In this document: one piece after another, positions 1 to 15,000 of the stretch
How the letters are laid out: every line of letters starts with the position of its first letter
How positions within the stretch are numbered: the first letter of the stretch is position 1
DNA from: Tubiluchus corallicola
Taxonomy: Eukaryota > Animalia > Priapulida
Assembly (NCBI GenBank): GCA_030141605.1
Contig: JAQGDQ010000009.1
Coordinates: 1,116,001-1,180,000 of the forward strand
DNA length: 64,000 bases
Reading direction: 5' to 3'
Translations under genes and position numbers: made by a program
Notes under the pieces: generated by a model
Database searches by the model: none
Told to the model about the DNA's origin: nothing
Seen by the model: only the letters and a program-made list of their open reading frames with translations

Positions 1-3000
1 ATATAAAATGTCTTCTCTGGTTTGAGTAACTTCTAATCTGTAATTCAGAACTTGACAAAACTTTGCATTTGCGGGCTCCTTCCAATCAACAATAACTGTG
101 TGGTACTTGTCATCATCTGATAACTGTGGATTTACATCCAACGGGATCCCAGCTTCTACACAAGCAAACAACAGTTATTAATTGAATTAGTGAATTTAAG
201 AGAATTCACACTTAGAAGCAGAAAATGCAGTATGACTTCAATGCTCTCACAAATTACAGCTTTTTCATAGAAATATACAAATTCAACCAAGTACTTTCAA
301 AGTATAATAATTTGCTTATAAAGAGTAATAGATACTATTTGTAAAGCTTTTTCGTTGCCAAATAAATAATAATAATGAATGCAGCTACTTAAACATACTT
401 AATTACTTACATGTGTGTACTGTGACATACAAGAGCTTATCTTGATACGTATCTTGAATATCAGAGCTACATAATTTATAAGCTATGACATTGCTAGCTG
501 AAAGAACTAGAGAACTAAATCAAACTCAGTAACTAGTAAAGAAAACCGGTAGCGTTACAAATGCTACATTCATTTACAAAAGCACAAATGTGTACTATGT
601 AATAACATACACGAATAGTACAAAGTGTGTAATAAGTAACAAATAATGTATCGTCCTATTCTCTCACTCAGAGAAAACAAGTAACAATAACAATGTAGTT
701 TTACAGAAGCAAAGATACCAACATGATACTTACTTTTGGCAATTGTTAACTAAACTAACTAATTAAACTGCAAGTGTATCACAAAAAAAAACAAATTTAG
801 TTAGCAATTTTTTCCTGATTTTGTTCAAAGTCATTAGAATGCAGATTAGAAAAGTAAATAAATTTGACAAAAATCCTGTTGTATGACAGGAAATGCAATA
901 AGACTCCAAAAAAACTGCAAAAAAATGCATCATCTTAGTCATGATTTGTATTTTTGTTGCCCAAATTTACTAAAGAGTCACTATTGTAAAAAAGATAAAA
1001 AATTAATTTAGTCAATTAATTCAACACAGGATACAAAGAGACATTAAGAATTACAAATGATATGTATAAATTCAAAGTTTGCAATGATCTTAGGCAAAGT
1101 ATGCCAAATTATACACTTACTTATGCCTTTTCTCAAAATAACAGACTGGGATTGTAAATATTAAAACAGCAGTATGTACGTCATATTTATTAACTCAAAT
1201 TTCACTCTAAGTTGCATAAATACAAATGTACGTATGTGACATATTTGTCTCAGTTAAGCAAATGTTAATTCTCACATTTCACATGACAAAAAAATGCATT
1301 TTAGGATAAATATTGTTTGCACAATAAATGGATGCTGTATTACTTAGAAGATGAAGATTTACAATTGATATGTTAACCTTAAAAATGAAATATTTACTAA
1401 CCTTCCACTATTGTTGTTCCATTGACATCTGCGACAGCTCCAAGTCCAGCTGCATTTTTAGCCTGTACAGTGAACTTGTAATCCTGACATGGGACTAAAT
1501 CAGATACAGTGTACTCTGTTGCATTCTCAGAATCTAGCTCTACAGTTGTACCATCATGGTCTGTGTATGTGATCTGGTAAGTTTCAATTTGCCCATTCAT
1601 TTCTACAGGCACTTCCCAATGTAACTCTACATCTCTTGTATTTATACTAGTGATGGTTAGCAAATGTGGCTCTGATGAATCTGAAATAAGAGTACAAATG
1701 TTTACAAACAAAAAACATTTTACTAGGACAAAGAAAATTTAAAAACCAGTTAAGTATGCATCACCAAAGGCTTGTAACAGATCTTTTACACTTCTGTAGA
1801 TGACAAACAAAACATGAAAAAAAATAGTAAAATAACACGTGAGAAGAAAGAACAAGGAAAAATTTTGTTACTAACATGACAACATCAAATTAATCTGTAA
1901 AAAGTAAAAACCCATAGCTTTACGTTATATATATTTAACAACACGACAGCTACCTGTAAATTTTACCGCAAAGGAGATTTTTGAAGGCAGCTTACAATAA
2001 ATGCATGTTATTGTACTTAACTGCACACAACACAATACAAATTCTGTAAAGAAATGAAAAAATTGTTTTTTGGGTTTTTCTTCTTCTGTTGGTCTAAACA
2101 TTCATCCCTTATTAGCACACCCCAACGATTCTAGTCTGGAGCTAAGATTTTCAACTCTTCGGAGGCTATTGTGAAGTTTGGCCTCAGCTGTTGTAAATCT
2201 ACATTAATTCTTGATATCCCAATTGATTTTGATTTTGCCTGGAGGTCGTTTAGTAGGTTTCACTACCTCATTTAATGTCAATCTTCCTGTTGCTATTTCT
2301 GGCAATCTGATTAAGTGTCCAACCCATCTTAGCCTTCCGGTTTTAATTTTAGTGCTCCAAAGTTCTTCTTTGTTTTTTTAGTAACAACTGGAAATTTTTC
2401 CAGTAAATAAAAGTAAACTATTTATTTGTAGTAAAAAAGCAGGATGTTTTCTTTATATGTATAAAACACATACCAGATGCATCAGTTTCAGTGCACTTTT
2501 CATCTGTTGTCTCGCCCCAGTCAACTTCAGTCTTTGCTGTCAACGTGACACAAACACGACTTTCAGCACGAACGTTCACATCTGCAATAAAAAAAATATG
2601 TTGACTAGTTGGTCAGCCACTGAACTACGCTAGTATTGTAAGTAAAGACTTGTAAAGACTTAACAAATTCAAGTATAAGTCGTCATTTTACAATTATAAA
2701 AATTAGAAAAAATTTGTTTGTTAGAGACATGCAAGGCTGATTTAACATGTGGTGGAGAAGACATTTCAAGACAATTCTAGCACCCTTGATATTAAATAGT
2801 TTAACATGCACGTCTCAAGCAACGTCCCGCCCCCTAGTAGCTACACATCTAAATTCGGCAAATATGTTAATCTTTAACGTGCTGCTTTCTGATCCTACAA
2901 TCACAAAGTGTTTTCCAGAGTTGTTAGAAACCAGTTTTTATTGCCTTACAGTTTAACTTATTCCTGTATGGCTTTTTGCGTATTAACATGCTTAATGACA

Positions 3001-6000
3001 TATTAGTAATGATATGCACTTAATTATCCTGTAATGAGCAAACCAGTCTAATACTTTTTTTTGAGTTCTCTACTCAAGGATTTAGCTGGCGAATTTATGT
3101 TGAGTGCATTATACTATAGTATACTTCGCTTAATAAATCCACCTTGGTGCAAATCTAAATGGATTTATCAAGTGGTTGGATTTAATAAACCGAAGAGCCC
3201 TATTAAGCAGCGTTTCCTATTTTTGTGAAGCCAAAACTCTTTTCTCACTTACTCGGTGAATAGTTGGTGAAAAATTTTCAAGTGCAATGCACTTGTGACG
3301 TGTGTAACTCGTGTAAAGTATGTATATTGTTTGTCTATCATGCCATTACCCTTTATATGTAATAAGCCATTTGCAAAACTAAAAAAATGTAATACATGCA
3401 GCTTTAATATCAACATTGATTCAGCATTCAGTTGTTTTAATCATTGACCCCATGTGCACAATGGTTTCTCCCAAGAATAAGCATATTAGTTTAACCTAAT
3501 TAAATCACTGATCTTGTGCTTGACTAATGCTTCTAAATTAGACAGAGAAAAACAAATAATTAAGTGGAAAAAATGGCAAGGTGTAAAATGTGATTAGAAC
3601 AAAGATGCTCTGACCTAGGGGACATGGGACAATAGTGTATAGTAGTCATACACAATTTTTTTGTCTTCAACTGCATTTATAAACCAAAGTTTGGAATTTA
3701 AAATCGGTGGATTTTACTAGGTTGAAGCATTATAAAGTTCTGTTCCAGCTGCAGTGGCCAGAATGACGGGCTGAATTTACTATGCCTGCATTTATTAAGC
3801 GACCTATGTTTTTTTCTAACAAGTTTGGGGTGATTTACTACATAAACCAATGTCTCAACAGGCTCATGCATATAGGCCTACAGTCTCGGCCTACACATTC
3901 AATGCAATTCACTTTTGCGACAAATTCATTATTGGAGTAATGCGTTTTGGGAAAAAACTACAGAAATGAAGTTTCATCGTTTTGAGCAGTAATTTTCTTT
4001 CTGGAAGATTAAAATACCTAAATTTTTACAAATTTTTGATGGAATAAAGATACATAAAGTTGCATATTATCTGCAGAGTGTTCACATTTACAATCACTCT
4101 TACGCTATTTATCGCGAACACACTTTTAATCACTCCTAATTCTACTGGTGCTTAACTTATTTTGCATTGCGTAACGAAAGAACTTAAGAGCGGTATTAGC
4201 ACAAATACTTATATGAATAGTTTGAAATAACTACTTATAATAAACTAAAATATCCACAAAAAATAAAGATCCAAAAGTGTTGATTTAGGGCTTCATTTAA
4301 AACTTTCCGAAATGTCCAGAATACAGGAAACGCATTTCAAGTTAAGCCTCCTCTGCAGTTCTCCTCGGAACCTTATACTGCTCCCTACCAACCTTCTAAC
4401 CGGTGTAGGTCCCTGTACAATTTTCATCCGGCTCTGATTCACTCATTACCTTTGTTTTATTATTAAAATGGACTTGCTTAGTATTATCAAGTACATAAAT
4501 TGAGTGGCTGCAAATAAATCTGTGCAAATCTTTTTCATCATATGTAATTCTTAATTTCTTTCTTTTTAGCTTCTGTAAAACACACTGTAATTATTACAAT
4601 ATCAAAAATATTTTAGTTATACTTATTTGCTATACTGTACTTATAAAATAACCATGCATACATTCAGCGTCATTCAAAATGATTGCAAAAAATGAAAATT
4701 AATCAGAAAAACTTACCATATGAATTTGATGAAAAGTTGTAGTTTCCACTAACAGGAATGTCACCATTGTATGTGTAATTCTGAGTAGTTTTATATTCTA
4801 TATAGTATGCAGTTATGTCACAGTTTTCAGGATAAGATGGTCTCTCCCACGAAACGTTGACATAAAATGGATCTGCACTGCTCATTTGTATATCAAGGGG
4901 AACCGAAGGTGCTAAAATAAAAATAATGAAAAACGATAAAAATGTTGTTACCACTGTCACTTCAAAGTTTCATGATTTTTTTCATTGCGGTAACTGCTAA
5001 TCTGTGACAAATATAGTCTATAGTAGTTATTTTACTAATATTATTAAGCTAGTGGCCACTTACCATTTTATTTCAGTTTAATTTACTGCTTCACTGAGTC
5101 ATTGCACCATGTTTTACAGTTTCAAGAAGATGGTCGTATTGAAGTTACAATTCACTCAAGAGTCCTTGCTACACAAGTTATCACTTTATAATAATAGCTT
5201 TATTGCAGGTAAACTTAAAAAAATTGTTTATAGTGTGACCTTAAAACCTTCAGATTATCTTCCTGATTTAGAAAATGTCACCAACAGACAAAGCTTAATA
5301 ACTATCATATATTTACATTTCATGAAGTCAATTAACACTGCTCTGATAATCTTATTCACTAAATTTCGCATAGCATCTGGCAGCAGAAACTCGACACTGA
5401 ACAAATTTCTTCAAAAATTCCTGTACAGTAATATTTCTTTCTCATATGTAAAGATGTTTTCCACAAAGAAACTAAAAATGTTAAGGAGTGATCTACTTTT
5501 AGACTCTATCAAAGACAATGACAAGGTGACAGTTCTTAAACATTTGGCATTTTTAGACAACATTTACTATATACTACTCTTGCAGAAAAAATCAAAGGTG
5601 TATTATAATTGTAAATTGTGCAATATCGCAAAACATTTTGTGGAGCTGACTCACTCAACTCAATTTTTTGAGAACTGGGGGTCATGTACTACTGTGTAAT
5701 CATAAAGACATAACAACATAATACTGTAGAATGAATTCAGTATAGCATCATTGCCATTTTCTAAAGCGCTAAAGTACTAATAATATGGCCTTTAATAAAT
5801 TTCCTTTGTGACAAGCTTAATGCTGCAAAAAACTAGTTTCATCAGACATATTGAGCTGTCAAAATTACATACCAATAGATTAAGTTAAACAGAAGACTAA
5901 ATATCAGAACGGTATAGTTAAATACATAAATGGACAAAAATACAGTAAAATTGCCTGTAAATAGTCTCTATTAATGATTAGTAAAAAATGCTGATATAAA

Positions 6001-9000
6001 ATCAAATGAAAGAAATTTACACATACAATCTGATTCTGTTTTCGGTGCTTGTTCATCAGCTTCATCACCATATCCAGCTGCAGTCTCTGCAGATATAGAC
6101 AGATTGTATACAACACATGGTTCTAAGTCTTCTAGTATCATTTGTCTATCACCAGCTTCAGCGTGCTCCGCAGTGGATGTACCATTTGATAGACTGTACA
6201 TAACTTGATATCCGTAAATGACTCCATTTTGCTCCGCCGGTTCATTCCATGTTAAGGTTAATCCATGAGGTTTAATTAGAGTTGCCGTAAAATCAGTTGG
6301 GTCTGATGGATCTAAGATTTTGAACAAAAAATTATGCAGAGAAGAATGGCTTGATTTAAATTAATGAATGTTATAAAGCAGGGCTTTTTGGAAGATTTAA
6401 AGCTTTCTAAAGAAAAATTATGATTAAATTGTGAACAGCAACATGCCTCTGATCAGGTAACGTTTATTGATTAAATTGCACAAAACTTCAAAGGTGCTAT
6501 TTGGCTATCTACGTACCTATTATTCTACTTGTAATATGAAGAACTTGGACACTGTCCCAAGTATCAGCTTGAAAAATCAGTCTTCCAGTCTCATGTTTAG
6601 ACTATAGCATGTAAGGCACTACTCAGAAAGAGGCTCCAAACGAACGGTTTCGTGTGGAAAGTAAAATCTTGCAACTTTGAACTGAGTGCCCAGTTACGAG
6701 GTCTCATACGTTCTTTAGTTTTAAATTAAGCACCACTAACATAAGCATCTCTGCCGTCATACTGACGACTGGCATGTTTTTTGGGTAAAATATGTGTAAC
6801 AGCATTTATGTAGTAGCATATGATATAATCCCTATAACTTAAATATTCAATTCGATTTGAAAATTATCTTGTGTGAAATTCAGGTTTGATGCATTCTTCA
6901 TAGAATTGGATGGTACTTGAACATTAGGTATTTGTAACACACAAACCTACTATTTTTAAACTTTAGCCCCTAGCGGCTATCATTTATCTTTCGTTAGCTA
7001 TTGATTTTGACAATGGGAGAAGAATTGGTTAGGTGAAGAAGATTGGATATCTAATATAATGTAAGCTAAAGACCTCGTACTAGCTTAATCCAACGTATCT
7101 CAACCCATCCAGCCAAAAATCAAAAATTGTGACTCTGCTTCAAAATCAATAGAATAACAAAGAAAGAAGCCCCGCCCATTCCATGACCTTCAAGGGGTGA
7201 CTTCTCTCATAAAATTTACCCTACCAGGGGAATGTGTTCTGTGAGTTTTCTTACCATAGCTCTCTACATGTGCATGTTAAAAAAAGCACAAAAGGAAAAG
7301 CCAGAGCTAACTCAAGAAGATTCTGCTGTGACGGATCTTAAAAAAAGCCCAGGCACCAGATGTTCAAACTTCTATTATGGATAATAGAAGTCACAAGTCA
7401 CAAGTAGCTGTGCATTGCAGAAATCTAATTTGATCAGGCACCATTAGCCAATGTTATTAAGCACAAGTTAACTTTAGGTTCTTTAATTAATTTAAGTCAC
7501 TACATAACCTATAGCTTGACAAAAACTTCCACATCATTTCACTTGTTTAACAGTGGACGCATTTTGCCACGAGTTGAATTTTACAGTCCTTACAGCTAGA
7601 TGGCCAGTGTCCTATTTTCATTTAGTTCCTGAAATGACTGCCCACTCAAAAACAACAACATTCATAATTATAAGAAGTAAACGTATAATTAGAGTATTGT
7701 GATAATTAATTAGTTTAGAAAAAGTAATAGGGGATTATAGTAGTAAAAAGTCAAGTGCTTATAGATTTGAGTTAATACCACACAGGCGTGTTTCTAAACA
7801 CTGCATTTTAATGTACAGAAAATACAAAGTTTTTCCCTTTAAAATCAACAAATCGTTAACTTACAAGATGCATTCGTCCAAATACATTTTTCATCTGAGG
7901 ACTCTCCCCATTTATCTTCACTATTTTTTGCCTTTATAGTAACACAAACTTTGCTTTCAGCAGGGACCTCAATACCTATAAAGCAAGTCAAATCCAACAC
8001 ACTTAAATCAAAAGTTGACAGTATTTCAATGTCTAAGCAAGGTATTAACTGATATCAAAATTATTACATAAAAGTGAAATTTTAATTAACCTAACTAAGA
8101 GCAGGCAAATTTAACTACATCAGCTACGTGTTATCAGACCAATAACCAAACAATCACTCCACGAACCTATAATGATTTGCTTTTACTTACTTGTACCAAT
8201 GTGTAAAGAACAGCCTATAATTTCAAATAGATTAGATAAATACAAGTGGAAATTAACAATTTATGAACTTTTCGATACAAACCTTTCACAAGCAAAAAGT
8301 TGAAACAGTAAAAGATATATAAAATATACTCAAAAATACTAAGTTGTTTTTCTCATCCTCATAAATAAATAAGCAAAACTCTGTTAACTTCATTTAATCA
8401 ACTTTTCAGACTAGAATAAGATTTTCATATGCAAAATTAAATTGAATTATCATATTATATTTTTATAGATAGTACATTTTAAGGACACTTACTTAAAACT
8501 AACCAAGTAATTATGACAATATATTGTGGTTTAGAATCATTGTTACGGTTTCAAAACTTAATAAAGCTATACTAGGAATGTACAAAAAAACACACACAAT
8601 TATTAAAGTTGTTCTATATCATCATAATCTTGGAGAAAAGATATAAATAAATAAAGACGGCTCTGTTCATTTATTCAAATATATTATGCAGAGCAAGCAA
8701 AGATTTTACAGCAACCACGACATTAAACTTCACTTTACATTTTTGTACGTAGTTTTTGCAAGTTCACTTACTTGAACTAAGGTCTTGGGTAGATACTGTG
8801 CCAGAATCAGGGATGTCACCATCATAACTATAATTTTGATGAGTTTGATAACTGATCTCGTACTCAACCACTTCGCAGTATTTAGGCTCTGGCGGCGGAT
8901 CCCAAGTTACAGTTACATTGAAAGCATCAGAACTAAACATAGTAACATTAGCAGGTGCTTCATGAGCTGTAAAGAATAACAGATAAACATGAATGCTTTG

Positions 9001-12000
9001 CATTGTTTTCTCAATTAGAACAGTTGATGGGCCACTAACTGCTAAATAACTGCTAATGTTATAAATGACTTGCACTCAGATGACTCGTTTGAGGTTTTCA
9101 ATGCAGAATGAAGTACACAGAATGTTTATTAATAATATAATTTCATTAAAATGCAGTTAAAATTTATCAATGTTGTCAGCGACTTTGACCAGCCACGAGT
9201 GCATTTGCTTCGTCCATAACCTCAAAGCAGAATGAAGAACGACACTAGCAAAACGATGCAGATTCGCAAGCACACTCAAAGCTAGAAAATTGCATCTTTG
9301 CACCATCTACTGAGCAGTACACTAACTCATGGCAGCCACAAAATTTAATACTATAAAACAATTGTAATAGGCCACAAATAATTACTGTTGGGTGTAATTT
9401 CTTTGTTTCTATTGTGGAAATCAAATTTCTAAATTCCACACTTGGAAATTCAAAAATTTTGGAACAGACCTTCATGCTAATACAGATACCAGCACTGTAC
9501 TCTTTTTATGAAATATTTTCAATCACGCGCAACTTAGTAACACATTAGGAAACAGAAAAGACATTTAAGAAAATGCATAGAACTTCAGCATATACTTAAA
9601 GTTAATAATGTTTCCTGAAAATATCAATTAAATGGAGAAATATATATATTAAAAACACATTTACTTGTAATATGATATATATATATCATATATATATAAA
9701 TACACACAGATTTTCATGCCTGCTACAAATACAGTTGCGAAGCCCACGACAGTAAGTTATAGTAAAACTTGTACGATCTAACCGAAAAAAGTCAATAAAA
9801 CAGCATTGAACACAATAATATGATACTGAGCAATATATGGTAACTAAAATAAAATACTAGATGTACTAATAAACTTAGATTAAGTCAGGTCTGCTACTTA
9901 GGTTGTGCTGCAAAAATGCTTTTAATTATGTAAGAGAACATGCAGGCAGATTTATGAAAATGTCAATGAACTTCTACACGATAAACAATAACTAGTTGAA
10001 GAGTTTTTATGCATAAACAGGAAGTTAAATAAAAGCATAAAAAGAAAGCTTACTTAAGTTCAAGTATATAACTCTTACCAATGAAGCCACTTAGTTGCTC
10101 AAAAACTGAATTTAAACATGTTTAAAAGTTTTCATTTTAGTTTTCATTTTTTTCTGTTTTTATTTTACTTTTTAACTTTTGCAGTGTTAAGTTAAGCACA
10201 ATTTGCTGCATAAAAGTGCAAAATTTTTTGGATATCCTTAAGAAAAAGTAGATGTAGTGTAGAAGTGTTTTACGTACTTTCAGGATACGTTTCGTCTGAC
10301 AGTTCATATGCTTCAGGTCCATATCCAGCAGATGTATTAGCGGCTATGAAGAAATTGTATGCTGAACAAGGTTCAAAACCCGTAATCACTTCACTCTCAT
10401 GTTCTTTTGTAGATTCGACGTGTAATTCACTAACATCATCGCTGTCATTTGCTCTGTAATACCTAATCCTGTAGCCAAGAATGGGTCCATTATCTTCAGG
10501 AGGTTTATCCCAACTTAAAGTAATCCTTCTGGATCCAGCAAAAGCTTTAAATTGATCTGGAGCATCTGGCACTGAAAAACACATTTTTTCAATAAATTTT
10601 CTAAGAATTAATGTGGATTCTCACTTTAGAAATATAACTGTAGTAAATTTTTGTTTAAGCAATTTGTTGTGTAATACTTATTATTTATACTCGAATATCT
10701 GCTACCTAACAATAAATTAATAAAATCAGTGCCAAAAATATTGCTGCCATTGTTGTCGACTAGTAGAAACACTAAATTATAAGAAAACAAATATTATAGA
10801 AGCTGTACAAATATTATAGAAGCAATGGCAAACAAACAGCATAAAAAAGGAAACTGCACAAAAATGTCCTCGATTTCCATGTCTATTCTGCTTATAAAGA
10901 TACTAAAGCAAGAGCCAATTTTATTTATTCTTCTGCAACAGCAGCATTAATCATACAAAAACTCCTGACAAATCATCATAATGTTTAAAAATACATAATG
11001 GATATAGTTTAACTTTAATTCACCATCCCTGAAAATAACTGGCTTCCAAAGGATGACATAATTTGAGCTGATAAAGCTTCATTTACTAAATAATGTTGTG
11101 AAATTATGCTAGTACCTGCTAAAGCAGCAAAAAGCATTAACTGATAACTGATAAAAATCAGAAAACATTGTAATATGCATGTGAATATTACTAAAAATTT
11201 TTGTGGTCCTAGTTATAGTTATTTTCAGTGCCTCTATGACCGTATGGACCATAGGCTCAGTAGGTTGTTGGGTTTGTTTGTGTTTTGTGGTTGGGTTGTT
11301 GTTGGGTTTTGTGTTTTTTTTTTTGGTTGGTTTTGGTTGGTTTGTGGGTCAAGAAATTCATTTCTAATGTCACTTTTATGATTTGACCTACGTTTGACAT
11401 TCAGATTTAACATTGCTACTGTCAGAAATCCAAAATGGCCATCATCAGTTTTTTTGTGTTTTGTAAGTGAAGTGACCTGCAAAGCTGCAAAAATAGCTTT
11501 TGTGACATTTTTTACGGAAGAATTCTTATTTTATACCATTCTGTTGATTTGACCTATTTTTGAGCTTTATGTTCAAGATGGCAGCTGGTTTTTTATACCT
11601 GGTTAAGATATTTATTAAAAATCAATGAAATTTCTGTTCATGCTGTACTATGAACAGTCAAAAACTGCAAACGAACAGTAAAATTACAAGAAGCCCAATG
11701 TGTTTTTACTTGCCTGATATACAGTGGGTAATGTGGGACATGCATTCGAAGGTGTGCAATACTGCAGTCGACTTACAAACCAGATCTAAAGACCAAGACA
11801 ATAATAATGCAAATGTGTGTAACACACAGGTTAGTCACCACTTTGAATGTTCAATGTTCATACTTGAGAATGATACGGATCATTATGTATGACTTAGACA
11901 AAAGAATTTTGCTTTTTATTTTCTTATCTTGACATGTTTTAGCAACAACTTGACCCTACTTGAGGTACTGATGAATATTCTTGATTAAACCTGTTGATTC

Positions 12001-15000
12001 TCCACACTTGCTCTTCTCATCATCACTATTACTGTCATCAATATTTTCATTTGAACAACATTAACACAGTTCATTGCCGACACAAGCGGGAAGAATGTGG
12101 CACACTGGTCGGCACTTCCCATTAATGTTTTCTCTGTCATGGCCAATGGGGATGGCTGTTGTATGAGAGTATGATGGATCTGGCAATGTGAGATCTGAAT
12201 TATCCTTTCCACGTGATGGTACAACGTGTCATCAGATAGGACACGGCTCACACCCCACTTCAGTTTGTGCCACTTGGATGCTGTGATCAGTGATGCAGGG
12301 TGGTGTGAGAAGACAAAAACACATATTTTATTCAGGCAATCACTGCTGTGGCACTCTATACCTTTATGTACTATGAACAGCACTCGGGTATAAAAGTGAC
12401 AAGTTCAGATTTCGTTAAAACTTTTAATGTCAAGCTAAAAACATATCAAAGAAACAAACTCTTTTGTCAGAGACAGTAAAAATGTTCACTAGTTGCTTAC
12501 TGATGTAATTTTAAGCAATTATCAATTAACCTGTCTTGAAAACACTGTGAAGAGTGGACCTCACATTCCCTGTTGATAGACCTTTAATTAGTTTATAGAG
12601 TAAAGTTTTGAACCAGAAGTGTTGAAATTTCTTCATGATGCAATGGGTTCAGTTCATATTCTAGTGAACCAAAAACTTCCTCGAGCTTAGTAATTTATTT
12701 CACTTACACAAAGTTGCAATGACATCAATATTTTTTATGTATTTCAACACTCTTCAGGCTAACATGCAGGATTTAACAGTAGAGCTTATTTAATGCAGAA
12801 TGGTAAAAATGAATATGCATGTGCATACAATTATGAATCCTCTCTCAACAAAGTAAATAGCAAGGGGCACTGCAGCAGATGGAGCCGTCCAGAATCCGTT
12901 TACCTGTGGTCACCTGATTGTTTACTAATGAGACTCAACTTTGTTCATTTTACTTTGCTAAGCCTACTATGTGGCCCTTAGCTGTTTTCAAGTTCCCCCA
13001 ATATGCATCTGATTACAGCTCACAGTTATTTTATGCTAGAACTAATGCTTTTGTATTTGTACCACGAGCAACATTTGCCTTTTTAATGCATTTTTGAAAA
13101 AAGTTTATCTAACCCAATACTGCAATACATAGTTTGAAAATGCAAATTCTGTTCTTCATGGTAACAAGCAAAGTGGTTCCACAAGTTAGTGAAAAAGTCA
13201 TCTTACTCAAGCACAAATGCATAAATTGTTTTTAATAATAAAAATTATACTACGAAGCTAAAAACTCTTACAAAAGCAATGTTAATTGCCATAAGCTTTC
13301 CCTGAAATAAAGGTATTGCTAGATACTTATACAATTATAAAGACATATACTGTTTAAAAATACATGTGACACCTGACTGACTTAGTTTTGCTTTAAAAAG
13401 TACTACAGACATTTTAATATATTAGAAAAACCTACCAATAAAGCACATTAATTGCCCTTACTGATTTAAGAAACTCACACTTGCCACTAAGAAAATGGTG
13501 GTTATTACAATAAGTTTATCAAAAGACAGTTTGAAGTCTCAGCACATTTTCAACTGCATTTTACAAAAGTGCAAATTACTTAATTAAATTTAATTACACT
13601 TAATCACTTAATTAAAAGGAATACTATGACATTACAACATCTTATATTTCTTTTATTAACTGAAAAGGAGCTTGAATTTGATTGTAACTTTTTACAGTCA
13701 CTTCTTCAGAATGGTGTTTAGTGTTTAACTTTTAGGTAAAGATAAATGCTCAAAATGAGTTTACTAATTCTAGGAGAAAAATGGCTTCAAAAGAAAGAAA
13801 CAGAAGGGAATGTAATAAAGTGTTTACGGATAGGTTCACATAACAAAACAACACTCACCTGCTGTATCAGTTTGTGCATTAACATTAGCCTCATTGCTGT
13901 CAGTGTCAGCGTCACTGCTATTATCACTAGCAACTACACAGAATGTGTAATTAGTGTAAGGGGACAAGTTTGACACATTGTATGATGTTTGATTGGCATC
14001 AACATTGTCATCACCAAAATCATTAGTAGAGTTCCATCTTAACTTGTATACTATAGCATTAGTAACAGGATCCCATTGCAAATCAACACTCTCTGAGCTT
14101 ATATTAGTGATAACAAAGTTATCAGGTGTTTCGAGTCTAGTTACTGCAGTAACATTAGCTTCATCACTTTCGTTGCCCGGATTACCATCACTGGCAACAA
14201 CGTAGAATACATAGTTGGTGTACGGAAACAAGTCCAATACAGTGTAAGATGTTTCACTTATGTTATGATCACCAACATCAGATCCATCAGTTGTCCATCT
14301 CAGGTTATATTCACTGGCATCGCTAACAGAATTCCATTCCAGAGTAATACTTTCTGAAGTTTTATCAGTGACAATAAAGTTATCAGGTGTTTCAAGTCTA
14401 GTTGTTGCAGTAACACTAGCTTCTTCACCAACGTTGCCCTGATCACTGGCAACAACGTAGAATACGTAGCTGGTATAAGGAGACAAGTCCAATACAGTGT
14501 AAAAGGTTTCATTTGTGCTATGATTACCAACATCAGATCCATCTGAAGTTGTCCATCTCAGTTTATATTCATTAGCATTGCTAACAGAATTCCATTCTAG
14601 AGTAATACTTTCTGAAGTTTTATCAGTGACAGTAAAGTTATCAGGTGTTTCAAGTCTAGTTGTTGCAGTCTCACTCACGATTTCACTGTCTGCGTCTGTA
14701 CTATCGGCACTAGCAACAGCAAAGTTTTGAGGTGAGTCAATGCGCAACTGACCTGTAAATTACAAGTTTATTAAGTTACTGTTTAAACTAACTCTTAATG
14801 TTATATCTGCAAAATCAATTCAGGCCATTAAATCAATATGTAAATAAAAAAAATAAATGAAAATTATTATACAGTAGTAAAATATGACAGTATAACTAAA
14901 AAAGACCAAGTTCTAATGTTTGTACATGCAGTGGTATTATAAATTTGTAATAGACTATGCAAAGGCAAGTAACAGTTCTAAGATTCTTAGCCTAATTCAG

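Noticed and set aside
5109-5699. 196-aa plus-strand ORF as a nested gene
   Set aside because: No recognisable host domain; fragments resemble a decayed LINE C-terminus.
11234-11482. Q/N/T/K-rich 82-aa ORF
   Set aside because: Derived from a G/T low-complexity tract.
11985-12383. Cys-rich exon of the FN3 gene
   Set aside because: In-frame stop in the phase-compatible frame; exon 13859 splices cleanly to 10571 without it.
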